From: Thermoflexales bacterium
Lineage (GTDB): Bacteria; Chloroflexota; Anaerolineae; B4-G1; DUEL01
Direction: 5' to 3'
Assembly (NCBI GenBank): GCA_014360895.1
Contig: JACIWQ010000005.1
Coordinates: 1 to 57,423, forward strand
Length of the DNA: 57,423 nucleotides
Position 1 is the stretch's first letter. Every line of letters begins with the position of its first letter. Positions 9,673 to 18,912 of the stretch are shown here, piece by piece. The translations under genes and the position numbers were made by a program. Below the pieces are notes generated by a model that was not told the DNA's origin, searched no databases, and was given only the letters and a program-made list of their open reading frames with translations.

Positions 9673-10671
9673 ATGGATTTCGCTCTGATTCTCGCCAGTA
9701 TCTCCTTTCTCCTGACCGTCGGGTGGGGGCCGCTGCTGATCCGGCTGCTGCGCCGCTACGGCATCGGCAAGCGCATCCGCATTGATGGCCCCAGCGGCCA
9801 CCAGGTCAAACTGGGCACGCCCACGATGGGCGGGCTGATGATCGTCGTGCCGGTGCTCCTCATCACCCTGGGGCTGAACATCTACAACCTGATCCAGCGG
9901 AACCTGGTGGGGCGGTCCATTCTGGTCCCGCTGGGGGTGATGCTGATCTACGCCCTCATCGGCGCGGTGGACGACCTGGCGGGCGTGCGCGGGGTCCGGC
10001 AGGGGGAGGGGCTGACGGCCCGTCAGAAGATGGCGGTGGAAATCCTGCTGACCTTCGGGATCGCACTGGTGCTCCACTTCGGCCTGGGCCTGCGCAGCAT
10101 CGCGATCCCGGGGGTCCCGCAGAAAATAGAGATCGGCCTCTTCTACATCCCGGTGGCGATGTTCGTCATCATCGGCGCGTCCAACGCCATGAATTTCACG
10201 GATGGGCTGGACGGGCTGGCGGGCATCATCGCCGCCAGCACCTTTCTGGCCTACGGGGTCATCGCCTACCTGCAGGGGCAGATTTACCTGGTCCGCTTCT
10301 GCTTCACCGTCGTGGGGGCCTGCTTCGCGTTTCTCTGGTACAACGCCCACCCGGCCCAGTTGTTCATGGGCGACACGGGGAGCCTGGCCCTGGGGGCCAC
10401 CCTGGGAGTCGTTGCGCTGATGACCGGTCAGTGGCTGATTCTGCCAGTGGTGGCGCTGGTGCCGGTGGCGGAGGTCCTCTCGGTCATCATCCAGGTCTCG
10501 TACTTCAAGTACACCAAACGGCGCTACGGGCAGGGGCGGCGGGTCTTCAAGATGGCGCCGCTCCACCACCACTTTGAACTCCTGGGCTGGTCGGAGACCC
10601 AGGTCGTCCAGCGGTTCTGGCTGGTCCAGTTGATGGCGGCGATGGCAGGTGTCGCGCTGGCGCTGCTGTAG
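9673..10671 (+). CDS. mraY: Phospho-N-acetylmuramoyl-pentapeptide transferase
   Basis: GTPTMGG, DD, SNAMNFTDGLDGL, FMGDTGS, MAPLHHHFE. Confidence 0.97.
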   Translation: MDFALILASISFLLTVGWGPLLIRLLRRYGIGKRIRIDGPSGHQVKLGTPTMGGLMIVVPVLLITLGLNIYNLIQRNLVGRSILVPLGVMLIYALIGAVDDLAGVRGVRQGEGLTARQKMAVEILLTFGIALVLHFGLGLRSIAIPGVPQKIEIGLFYIPVAMFVIIGASNAMNFTDGLDGLAGIIAASTFLAYGVIAYLQGQIYLVRFCFTVVGACFAFLWYNAHPAQLFMGDTGSLALGATLGVVALMTGQWLILPVVALVPVAEVLSVIIQVSYFKYTKRRYGQGRRVFKMAPLHHHFELLGWSETQVVQRFWLVQLMAAMAGVALALL

Positions 10672-10711
10672 AGACGGGGGTCGGCGCGGAGAATGCGAAG
10701 TTTAGGGTGGA

Positions 10712-10748
10712 TTGCCCATTGTGGCTACCTGATGTATAATGTAGCCAC
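10712..10748 (+). promoter_or_regulatory. TA promoter with palindromic operator
   Basis: TTGCCC (10712-17), 17-bp spacer, TATAAT (10735-40); GTGGCTAC-N12-GTAGCCAC inverted repeat straddles the -10. Confidence 0.75.
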
Positions 10749-10766
10749 GAAATGCGAGGGTGGGCT

Positions 10767-11060
10767 ATGGAATCCGTAGGTGTGCGGGAGTTAAAGAACC
10801 GGTTGGGGTACTACCTGCGGGCGATCCGGCAAGGGAAGAGTTTCGTGGTGACGGACCGGGGGAAGCCCGTGGCCCGGCTGGTGCCGGTGGGGCCGGTTGA
10901 AGAGGGAAGATGGCCGCCGGGCCTGGAGAAGAAGTTGTGGGAACTGGCCGCAGAGGGCCTGCTGGACTGGACAGGCGAGCCCGCGCGGCTTCCGGAGCCG
11001 ATAGCGGTCAATCGGGGACCGGGGCTCCTGAGCGAACTGGTGGTGGAAGGACGGGAATGA
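10767..11060 (+). CDS. Phd/YefM family antitoxin
   Basis: VGVRELKNRLGYYLR...VVTDRGKPVARLVP; ATGA-coupled to the PIN gene. Confidence 0.9.
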   Translation: MESVGVRELKNRLGYYLRAIRQGKSFVVTDRGKPVARLVPVGPVEEGRWPPGLEKKLWELAAEGLLDWTGEPARLPEPIAVNRGPGLLSELVVEGRE

Positions 11061-11497
11061 TCCTCTACGCCGACACCAGCGCGCTGGTCAAGTTGTTCGT
11101 CGCGGAGGAGGGCTCCGATGCAACGCACGACCTGTTCCGGCAGGCTTCGTTGCTGGGAACCAGCGTCCTGGCCCGCGCGGAACTGGAGGCGGCACTGGCC
11201 CGAGCGGTGCGCCGGGGGTTGATTCGGGACGAAGATGGACTGGACGCCCGGCGGAGGCTGGAAATCGTCTGGCCGACGTGGGTCCGTATCGCGGTGGACG
11301 AGCGGTTGGTCGCGCGGGCTGGGGCGCTGGCCTGGGAATATGGCCTGCGGGGATACGACGCCGTCCACCTGGCTGCCGCGCTGGTTTGGCAGGAGCGGAT
11401 AGGGTATCCCGTTGTGGTAGCAACCTTTGACAGCGAATTGGGGGAGGCGGCCCGCCAGGCCAGCTTGGAGGTATGGCCGGCGGCGGGACTCAAATAA
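11057..11497 (+). CDS. vapC: VapC/PIN family toxin
   Basis: YADTSALVKL, LRGYDAVHLAAA, TFD. Confidence 0.9.
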   Translation: MILYADTSALVKLFVAEEGSDATHDLFRQASLLGTSVLARAELEAALARAVRRGLIRDEDGLDARRRLEIVWPTWVRIAVDERLVARAGALAWEYGLRGYDAVHLAAALVWQERIGYPVVVATFDSELGEAARQASLEVWPAAGLK

Positions 11498-11583
11498 AGC
11501 GTCCCATCCAGGCTGACAGCCTGCACTGCGCTATACCGCCGGCCGCCGGGCCCCGGTAGGTCGGTCTCTGGTGGGGGGATAAT

Positions 11584-11612
11584 TTGTCCGGTTCGGGAAA
11601 CGGGTGTATACT
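11584..11612 (+). promoter_or_regulatory. Promoter of the second TA module
   Basis: TTGTCC, 17-bp spacer, TATACT. Confidence 0.55.
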
Positions 11613-11656
11613 GCAGAAAATCCGTCATCACAGAAATGCAGACAAAGGGTGATGCG

Positions 11657-11935
11657 ATGAATGCAACGGTTCAGGTGCGACAGCGAGGGACGTTGACCCT
11701 GCCCGCCGAACTGCGGGAGAAGTACGGCATCCGACCCGGCGATACGTTTCGCCTGGTGGACCTGGACGGGATTTTCGTCCTCACGCCGATGGTGCCGATG
11801 GTGCCGGAACTGGCCCGGGAGATTGAGCGGATGCGGCTGGAGGCCGGGCTGAGCATAGAGGACCTGCTGGCGGGTCTGCGAGAGCAGCGGGAGCGATACT
11901 ACCGGGAAAAATATGCCGCCCGTCAGGCCGTCTAA
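11657..11935 (+). CDS. AbrB/MazE family antitoxin
   Basis: VQVRQRGTLTLPAELREKYGIRPGD. Confidence 0.88.
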   Translation: MNATVQVRQRGTLTLPAELREKYGIRPGDTFRLVDLDGIFVLTPMVPMVPELAREIERMRLEAGLSIEDLLAGLREQRERYYREKYAARQAV

Positions 11936-12368
11936 ACCGCGAGTGTTTGTAGATGCAGACGTTCTCTTCGCCGGGGCAGCGGGGCCGGGCGAGCACGGGG
12001 CCAGCCTGCTGGTCCTGCGGATGGCGGAAATCACGCTGATAGAGGCTCTGACCTCGCAGCAGGCGGTGACGGAGGCGGAGAGGAATCTGGCGGAGAAATT
12101 GCCCCAGGCCCTGCCGGCCTTTCAGATGATTGTCCGCCGTTGCCTGCGGGTGGTCTCGGACCCGGAGCCGGAGGAACTGGAGCCCTACGCGGGCCTGGCC
12201 GACCCTGAGGACTTGCCCATTCTGGTCGCGGCGGTACGGGAAGAGTGTTCCTGGCTGGTGACCTTCAACGTCCGGCACTTCCAGCCCGGACATCCTTCGG
12301 TGACGGTGCTCCGGCCAGGGGAGTTCATCGTCCGGGTCCGGGAGATGCTGGCGATGATGGGGACATAA
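11913..12368 (+). CDS. PIN-domain toxin
   Basis: RVFVDADVLFA, DPEDLPILVAA, LVTFNVRHF. Confidence 0.87.
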   Translation: MPPVRPSKPRVFVDADVLFAGAAGPGEHGASLLVLRMAEITLIEALTSQQAVTEAERNLAEKLPQALPAFQMIVRRCLRVVSDPEPEELEPYAGLADPEDLPILVAAVREECSWLVTFNVRHFQPGHPSVTVLRPGEFIVRVREMLAMMGT

Positions 12369-12389
12369 ACAACGACCCAGGGAGGAACG

Positions 12390-12626
12390 ATGATGACGAC
12401 AAACTCCGGCCTTCTCTGGTTTGACGACAACCCCTATCGGGGGGTCACCGAAAAGGTCCGGCGGGCGGTGGCCCGCTACCAGCAGAAGTACGGGCAGCGC
12501 CCGACGGCCTGCTTTGTCCATCCCAGCCTGCTGGGCGGGAACGGCCACGCCCGACCGATACGGGTCGGCGAGGTGGAAGTCTACCCGTCCCGCGCCGTCC
12601 TGCCCGATCATATCTGGGTGAAATGA
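12390..12626 (+). CDS. Small hypothetical protein (GLLWFDD...YQQKYG..P..C.VHP)
   Basis: GGAGG RBS, host-like codon usage, globular composition. Confidence 0.75.
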   Translation: MMTTNSGLLWFDDNPYRGVTEKVRRAVARYQQKYGQRPTACFVHPSLLGGNGHARPIRVGEVEVYPSRAVLPDHIWVK

Positions 12627-12739
12627 CGGAATACGGAATGACGGAATGGCAAATGACAGAATGACAGAATGACGGAATGACAGAATGACGGAATAACGGA
12701 ATGAGTCAATTCGCGTCTCATCTGCGTTCATCTGCGTCC
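12621..12739 (+). repeat. 8-mer array GAATGAC(G/A), about 10 copies, followed by a 10-mer pair TCATCTGCGT
   Basis: Directly visible; overlaps the upstream stop codon and the murD start. Confidence 0.9.
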
Positions 12740-14158
12740 GATAGTGCGACCCGGGACCTGGACGGGAAGCGGGTGGTGGTGCTGGGGCTGGCCCGGCAGG
12801 GGGTGGCGATGGCCCGCTTCCTGGCCCGCGCGGGCGCCCGGGTCACCGTCTCCGACCTGAAGACGAAGGCGGAACTGGCCGACGCCGTCGCCGCGCTGGC
12901 CGACCTGCCCGTCCGCTATGTGTTGGGCGACCACCCGATGTCGCTCCTGCGGGGGACCGACCTCATCTGCGTGAGCGGCGGGGTGCCGCTGGACATCCCG
13001 CTGCTGGTGGAGGCCCGGAAGAAGGGCATCCCGCTGGTGAGCGACGCGCAGTTGTTCCTGGAGCGCTGCCCCGCGACGGTGGTCGGCATCACCGGCTCCG
13101 CAGGCAAGACGACGACCACCGCGCTGGTGGGGGAGATGTGCCGGGCCGCCGGGCGCCGAACCTGGGTCGGCGGCAACATCGGCAACCCGCTCTTGGACGA
13201 CCTGGAGCACATCGCGCCCGACGACCTGGTGGTGATGGAACTCTCCAGTTTCCAACTGGAACTGGTGACGGTGAGCCCGCCGGTGGCCGCGGTGCTCAAC
13301 ATCACGCCCAACCACCTGGACCGGCACAAGACGATGGAGGCGTACATCGCGGCCAAGCGGCGCATCGTCGCTTTCCAAAAGCCGGAGGATTGGGCCGTCC
13401 TGGGGTTTGACGACGCCAACGCGCGGGCGCTGGCGCTGGAGACGCCGGCCCGGGTGGTCTTCTTCAGCGGCGGGGCGCAGGTGGACCGGGGCGCCTACAA
13501 GACCAACGGCCTGCTGGCCCTGCGACTGGGGGAAGCCGAGGAGGTCATCTGCCGCCGGGAGGAGGTCCGGCTCCGGGGCGACCACAACCTGCTGAACGTC
13601 CTGGCGGCCTGCGCGCTGGCGGGGGTCGTCGGCGTGCCCGTGGAGGCGATGCGGCAGGTCATCCGGACCTTCGCCGGGGTGGAGCACCGGCTGGAGTTCG
13701 TCCGGGAGTGGCGCGGGGTCCAGTGGTACGACGACTCTATCGCCACCGCGCCGGAGCGGGTGGTGGCAGCCCTGCGGTCGTTCAGCGAGCCCATCGTCCT
13801 GCTGGCCGGGGGGCGGGATAAGAAACTGCCCTGGGAGGAGTTCGCGCAGGAGGCCGTGGGGCGAGTCCGCTACCTCATCACCTTCGGCGAGGCCGGGGAG
13901 ATGATTGCGGGCAAGGTGGAAGAGGCGGCGCGGGTCGCTCCGGGACGTCTGGAGGGAATCCAGCGGGTGCGCACGCTGGAGGAGGCGGTAGAGGCCGCTG
14001 CGCGGGTCGCCCGCCCGGGGGACGTGGTGCTCCTCTCCCCCGGCGGGACCAGTTTTGACGCCTTCCGGGACTTCGCCGAGCGCGGCGACCGGTTTAAGGA
14101 ATTGGTGCGGAGTTTAACCGCCGAGGACGCAGAGGGCGCAGAGGAAATAAAGAGGTGA
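12701..14158 (+). CDS. murD: UDP-N-acetylmuramoyl-L-alanine--D-glutamate ligase
   Basis: GITGSAGKTTT, GGNIG, ELSSFQL, NHLDRH, EHRLE, DDSIAT, LLSPGGTSFD. Confidence 0.96.
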   Translation: MSQFASHLRSSASDSATRDLDGKRVVVLGLARQGVAMARFLARAGARVTVSDLKTKAELADAVAALADLPVRYVLGDHPMSLLRGTDLICVSGGVPLDIPLLVEARKKGIPLVSDAQLFLERCPATVVGITGSAGKTTTTALVGEMCRAAGRRTWVGGNIGNPLLDDLEHIAPDDLVVMELSSFQLELVTVSPPVAAVLNITPNHLDRHKTMEAYIAAKRRIVAFQKPEDWAVLGFDDANARALALETPARVVFFSGGAQVDRGAYKTNGLLALRLGEAEEVICRREEVRLRGDHNLLNVLAACALAGVVGVPVEAMRQVIRTFAGVEHRLEFVREWRGVQWYDDSIATAPERVVAALRSFSEPIVLLAGGRDKKLPWEEFAQEAVGRVRYLITFGEAGEMIAGKVEEAARVAPGRLEGIQRVRTLEEAVEAAARVARPGDVVLLSPGGTSFDAFRDFAERGDRFKELVRSLTAEDAEGAEEIKR

Positions 14159-14275
14159 CTCTGCGTTGCTCTGCGCTCTCTGCGGTGAATGAACCGCAAA
14201 GAACACAGAGGGCGCAGAGGAAATGAAATAAAAAAATAAGTTAGAATCTCCGGGTCCTCTGCGCTCTCCGCGGTG
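14116..14275. repeat. Two tandem 9-mer-period hairpins (ACCGC.GAG..CGCAGAG / CTCTGCG..CTC.GCGGT)
   Basis: Same family as 7839; the first arm lies inside the murD 3' end. Confidence 0.88.
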
Positions 14276-14281
14276 AGATAC

Positions 14282-15457
14282 ATGAGAGAGTCGCGTCCAC
14301 CCGATTATCTGCTGATGCTGGCGACGGCCGCCCTGGTCCTGCTGGGGCTGCTGATGGTCTACAGCACGACCTTTGACTGGGGCTACGGCGAGTACGGCGA
14401 TCCGCTCTACTGGCTCAAGCAGCAGGTCCTGTGGCTGGTCATCGGGGCCGCCGTGGCCGTGGTGCTGGCCCGGACGGATTATATGCTCTGGCGGGACTGG
14501 GCGGTGCCCCTCCTGGGCGGGACGCTGGTCCTGCTCCTGCTGGTCCTGGTCGTCGGGCGGCCGCAGTGGGGGGCCCAGCGCTCCCTGTTGGGGGGCTCCG
14601 TCCAGCCGGCGGAACTGGCGAAGGTCGCGACGGTGGTCTACGCGGCCGCGTGGGCCTCGTCCAAAGGGGAGCGCATCCGCGACCTCTCCTACGGCCTGAT
14701 TCCCTTCTCCGTCTGGATGGGGGTGGTGGCGGGACTGGTGGCCCTGCAGCCGGACCTGAGCGCGATGGCCGTCCTGGTCTTTGCCGGGTTCCTGGTCTTC
14801 TTCCTCTCCGGCGCGCACATCGGGCAGTTGTTCGTCGCCGGGCTGATGGGCGCCGTCGTCTTCTGGGGGCTGATTACCGTCTACCCGCACGCGCACGAGC
14901 GGTTTGAGGCCTTCCTGGCCGGGCTGAAGGACCCGTCGCTCCTGCCGTACCACCCGCAGCAGGCCCTCTACGCGCTGGCCAGCGGCGGCCTCTTCGGCGT
15001 GGGCCTGGGGGAGGGACGGGTGAAGTTCTACCTGCCCGCCGCCCACACCGACGCGGTCTTCGCCGTCGTCGGGGAGGAGTTGGGGCTGGTCGGGTGCCTG
15101 CTGGTGGTCGGGCTCTTCGGCGTCCTGGCCTGGCGGGGGTTCCGCATCGCGCTGCGCGCGAAGGACAGTTTCGGCGGACTCCTGGCCGCCGGGCTGACGG
15201 GGCTCCTGGTCTTCCAGGCGTTGCTGAACATGGGCGTCATCGCGTCGCTGCTGCCCTTCACCGGGACCAATCTGCCCTTTATCAGCAAGGGCGGCTCGTC
15301 GCTGGTGAGTTCGCTGGCGGCCGTGGGGCTCCTGGAGAGCGTCGCGCGGGGGCGCCCGCCTCGCCGCTGGAAGGGGGAGGAAACGCAACCGCAAAGAGCG
15401 CAGAGGGCGCAAAAGGAAACCAGAAATTCTTCGCGGTCTTTGCGTCCTTTGCGGTGA
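14282..15457 (+). CDS. ftsW: SEDS peptidoglycan polymerase FtsW
   Basis: QPAELAK, LQPDL, LPAAHTD, GEELG, LLPFTGTNLPFISKGGSS; located between murD and murG. Confidence 0.94.
   Translation: MRESRPPDYLLMLATAALVLLGLLMVYSTTFDWGYGEYGDPLYWLKQQVLWLVIGAAVAVVLARTDYMLWRDWAVPLLGGTLVLLLLVLVVGRPQWGAQRSLLGGSVQPAELAKVATVVYAAAWASSKGERIRDLSYGLIPFSVWMGVVAGLVALQPDLSAMAVLVFAGFLVFFLSGAHIGQLFVAGLMGAVVFWGLITVYPHAHERFEAFLAGLKDPSLLPYHPQQALYALASGGLFGVGLGEGRVKFYLPAAHTDAVFAVVGEELGLVGCLLVVGLFGVLAWRGFRIALRAKDSFGGLLAAGLTGLLVFQALLNMGVIASLLPFTGTNLPFISKGGSSLVSSLAAVGLLESVARGRPPRRWKGEETQPQRAQRAQKETRNSSRSLRPLR
15388..15457. repeat. 9-mer-period hairpin inside the ftsW 3' end
   Basis: ACCGCAAAGAGCGCAGAGGGCGCAAA...TTCGCGGTCTTTGCGTCCTTTGCGGTGA. 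Confidence 0.88.
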
Positions 15458-15470
15458 GTAAGGAAGCGCG

Positions 15471-16580
15471 ATGTTTCTCTGGATAGCCGGAGGGGGGACA
15501 GGCGGGCACGTCTATCCGGGGCTGGCGGTCCTGCAGGCGCTGCAGGGCCGGGGGCCGGTGGAGGTGCTCTACGTCGGCGGCCGGGGGAGCGTGGAGGAGC
15601 GGCTGGTCGCCCAGGCGGGGCTCCCCTTCGCCGGGATTCCGGCCGGGGGCGTGCACGGACTGGCACCCTGGCGGGCCGCAGTCAACCTGATCAAACTGGC
15701 GCGGGGGTTTCTGGAAGCGCTGCGACTGGGCCGTCGGCGCCGGCCGGACGCGCTCTTCGTCACCGGCGGGTACGCCAGCGTGCCCGTCGCGCTGGCGGCG
15801 TGGGCCCTGCGGGTGCCCATTCTGCTCTACCTGCCGGACATTGAGCCCGGGCTGGCGGTGCGGTTCATCGCCCGCCTGGCGACCCGCATCGGGGTCACCG
15901 TGGAGGATTCCCGGGCCTTCCTGCCCGCCCACAAGGTCGTGGTGACGGGCTACCCGGTCCGGCCCGAGTTCGCCGGAATAGACCGGGCGGCGGCCCGGCA
16001 GGCGCTGGGGCTGCCGGAGGGGGAGCTCGTGCTCCTGGTTTTCGGGGGGAGCACCGGGGCCCGGAGCATCAACCAGGCCGTGGTGGAGAATCTGGAGGCA
16101 CTGCTGGAGGCAGCGCACGTGCTCCACGTCACTGGGGAGCGGGACTGGCCGTGGGTGGAAAGTGGCATTCGTAGCGCAAGATTCACCGGACGTCGCTATC
16201 ACCCGTACCCGTACCTGCACGGGGCGGCGATGGGGCAGGCGTTGGCGGCGGCGGACCTGGCCGTCTGCCGGGCGGGAGCGTCCACCCTGGGGGAATTGCC
16301 CTACTTTGGCCTGCCCGCCGTCCTGGTCCCGTACCCATACGCCTGGCGCTACCAGCGGGTGAACGCCCAGTGGCTGGCCTCGCGCGGCGCGGCGGTCGTC
16401 CTGGAGGACGCGCGGCTGAAGGAGGACCTGGTTCCGACGGTGCGGTCGCTTCTGGGAGACCCGGCGCGACTGGCCGAAATGCGGGCCCGCGCGGCGGCCC
16501 TGGCCCATCCCGACGCGGCGGAGAGGCTGGCTGCGATGCTGGTTGAGTTCCAGAAGGACGATGCAAAGGGGGCGGCATGA
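15471..16580 (+). CDS. murG: Lipid I GlcNAc transferase
   Basis: GGGTGGHVYPG, TGGYAS, GGSTGA, RAGASTLGE, QRVNA. Confidence 0.96.
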   Translation: MFLWIAGGGTGGHVYPGLAVLQALQGRGPVEVLYVGGRGSVEERLVAQAGLPFAGIPAGGVHGLAPWRAAVNLIKLARGFLEALRLGRRRRPDALFVTGGYASVPVALAAWALRVPILLYLPDIEPGLAVRFIARLATRIGVTVEDSRAFLPAHKVVVTGYPVRPEFAGIDRAAARQALGLPEGELVLLVFGGSTGARSINQAVVENLEALLEAAHVLHVTGERDWPWVESGIRSARFTGRRYHPYPYLHGAAMGQALAAADLAVCRAGASTLGELPYFGLPAVLVPYPYAWRYQRVNAQWLASRGAAVVLEDARLKEDLVPTVRSLLGDPARLAEMRARAAALAHPDAAERLAAMLVEFQKDDAKGAA

Positions 16581-17143
16581 TCCCGCTCAACACCTTTTTC
16601 TGGATGGTTGTCCTGATGTTCGGCCTTATCGGCGCGCTGCGGGGGTGGGTGCGGGAGTTGCTGGTCACCCTGGCCATTATCTCTGCCTACTTCCTGCGCT
16701 GGCTTTTCCTGAACATCATTCCGTTTGTCCGGGAGTACCTGAGAGACCGCTCGCCCATAGACCAGTTCTACATTTTCAGCGCGCTCTTCGTCATTATGGC
16801 TCTCTTCGGCTACGCCGGGCCGGTGATGTCGCCCTACCTGGCTGGAAAGGCGCGGCGGGAAAAGATTCAGGACCTGCTTCTGGGGTTCATCGTCGGCGCC
16901 GCCAACGGCTACCTGCTGGCGGGCACGATATGGGGGTTTCTGCACGCGGCCAACTATGGCCTTCCCCCGGACCTCCCACCGGAGATGTTGCAGCAGATGT
17001 CAGGGGTCTGGGGTATCCGCTTCCCGGACCCCGAGGTAGTTCGGTTCGCCGAAACATTCCTCCCTCACGCCTGGATGAGCGACACCATAATGCTCATCCT
17101 GACCGGGGCGACGCTGATTACGGTGTTGGTGGTGCTGCTATAG
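16577..17143 (+). CDS. CvpA-like membrane protein
   Basis: G..RGWVRELL motif, D.LLGFIVGA.NG, several TM helices. Confidence 0.65.
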   Translation: MIPLNTFFWMVVLMFGLIGALRGWVRELLVTLAIISAYFLRWLFLNIIPFVREYLRDRSPIDQFYIFSALFVIMALFGYAGPVMSPYLAGKARREKIQDLLLGFIVGAANGYLLAGTIWGFLHAANYGLPPDLPPEMLQQMSGVWGIRFPDPEVVRFAETFLPHAWMSDTIMLILTGATLITVLVVLL

Positions 17144-17157
17144 GGGAGGGTAAACCG

Positions 17158-18336
17158 ATGGAAAATGAGACCCTGCAAATCCGTCAGGGAGTTTTGGGCC
17201 CCATTCGGGAATTCCCGCCTGGGGGGTTGAAACTCTTCCCTTTCACTCTGTTTATCGGCAAGCAGGGGACGGGCAAGTCACTGGTCTCACAAATCCTGTA
17301 CTTTTTCAGGAACCTGCCTTTTTTGGTGCAGTTTTACCGCGCCGGTTTAGGACCGGAGGCCGGTCCGGAAACGATTGTACGGAGTGCCCTGGACGAACTG
17401 CGCAGCGCTCAACGGGCTTTCGCCGTTTTCGCCAAACCCTCTGTGTCCATTGAGTATATCCCGCCCGACGGCCGGAAGGGACTGGGGATCGGGATGGATC
17501 GGCGAAATCGCCGGATCGTCCCGCACAAGCGCCTTCGGGAGGAGATAGAGAGTCTGATACAGAGAGGGGAGGGGACCCCGCTGGGGGATGCGCTGTACAT
17601 CCCTGCCGAACGGGTGTTATATTCTCACGCCCGGGGGCCCGAACCCTGGAGGATCCTGGCCGTACCCGCCACACTGAGTCGCTTTGCCACCGTTCTGGAA
17701 ATTTTAGGTGAGACTTTCAAGAGATGGCCCGACGGTGAACCGGACACGGAAGAGGGGCGATGGGTGCGAAAGATGGGGAGAATCGCACTGGCTGGAGAGG
17801 CCTATCGGGTGGGGGAGTACTGGAAATGGGAATACGGTGAGGAAGAGCGCCTGGATATTGATATGGCCTCGTCCGGCCAGAAAGCCAACTGGCCCATCGT
17901 TTTGCTGGCGGAGGCTCTCTTCTCGTGGCGTCGGGAGCGGAAAATCCCACCCGATTTCGCCATCCACGTGGAGGAGCCGGAAATCCACCTGCACCCGGAG
18001 GCCCAGGTCGCAATCGTCAAAATCCTGGCCTATCTGGTCAACCACGGCTTCCGCGTCCTGGTGACGACCCATTCCCTGACCGTCCTATATGCGCTGAACA
18101 ACCTGCTGGCCGCATCGGCTTTGCCGGAGGAGTTCGTGGAGCCGGGTCTTCCGGAGCCGGAGGTGCGCTTAAAGCCGGGAATGGCGGGAGCGTACCTTTT
18201 CCGGGAGGACGGCGTTGTGGTCAGCCTGGTGGATGCGGAGACCGGGCTCCTATCTGAAGCGGAACTGGCCGAAACCGGCGAGCAATTAATGGTGGAGGCC
18301 AACCGGATAGAATACTTGAGAGCATACGGGGCGTGA
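17158..18336 (+). CDS. Stand-alone ABC-type ATPase (AAA_21/AbiEii-like)
   Basis: Walker A GKQGTGKS, signature-like ASSGQ, Walker B/D-loop HVEEPEIHLHP, H-loop TTHS; GGAGG RBS. Confidence 0.88.
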   Translation: MENETLQIRQGVLGPIREFPPGGLKLFPFTLFIGKQGTGKSLVSQILYFFRNLPFLVQFYRAGLGPEAGPETIVRSALDELRSAQRAFAVFAKPSVSIEYIPPDGRKGLGIGMDRRNRRIVPHKRLREEIESLIQRGEGTPLGDALYIPAERVLYSHARGPEPWRILAVPATLSRFATVLEILGETFKRWPDGEPDTEEGRWVRKMGRIALAGEAYRVGEYWKWEYGEEERLDIDMASSGQKANWPIVLLAEALFSWRRERKIPPDFAIHVEEPEIHLHPEAQVAIVKILAYLVNHGFRVLVTTHSLTVLYALNNLLAASALPEEFVEPGLPEPEVRLKPGMAGAYLFREDGVVVSLVDAETGLLSEAELAETGEQLMVEANRIEYLRAYGA

Positions 18337-18339
18337 GGG

Positions 18340-18912
18340 ATGTGTCGGCTGGCCGACTATTGTATCTACGACTCCGCGGAACGCTCTACTTATTCTGCAG
18401 AAGATAGCTCTTTGTCCATTACTGTCCAAAAGGATGAACGACTTCTGGTGTATGACCTGGAGACCTATCTGGGCAAACGTCCAATCAAAAGGCCAGACCT
18501 CCTGCTGATTGGCCGGGTCGGAGAAGGGCCCTGGATTGTCGTGCTGATGGAAACCAAGAGCGGAACGGGCTGGGAAAAGGCGATAAAACAATTCCGCGAA
18601 GTTCTGCCTGCATTAGGAAAAGGCGGAGAGGAGGGCGGGGAACAACACCATCAGGAATGCGCTGACCGACTCCCTCTGGGTAGAGACCACAGGGTGGTCG
18701 CTGTGGTGCTTGGTCAGGTGGGGAAAGAATACAGAAAGTCCCTGCAGCCGGGTGGGTTCGGAGACCGAAGGAGAAAGCAAATTCGCGATATCTCTTGGAG
18801 AGGCAAGCCTGTACCGGTGGTCCCGCCAATGTCGGGAAAATCGTTTCGCTCGCTCAGGCAGTTCTGGATTCAGTTGGGCGTTCTCCCACGCTCCGGGTCA
18901 ACAGCGCGATGA
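18340..18912 (+). CDS. Hypothetical protein, PD-(D/E)xK nuclease-like
   Basis: KRPDLLLI...VLMETKSG; begins 3 nt after the ATPase; its stop overlaps the murC start. Confidence 0.65.
   Translation: MCRLADYCIYDSAERSTYSAEDSSLSITVQKDERLLVYDLETYLGKRPIKRPDLLLIGRVGEGPWIVVLMETKSGTGWEKAIKQFREVLPALGKGGEEGGEQHHQECADRLPLGRDHRVVAVVLGQVGKEYRKSLQPGGFGDRRRKQIRDISWRGKPVPVVPPMSGKSFRSLRQFWIQLGVLPRSGSTAR

Noticed and set aside
16543-17157. N-terminal 205 aa of the 597-aa ORF as part of the ATPase
   Set aside because: It overlaps the CvpA-like gene in another frame; the real start is the ATG at 17158 with a GGAGG RBS
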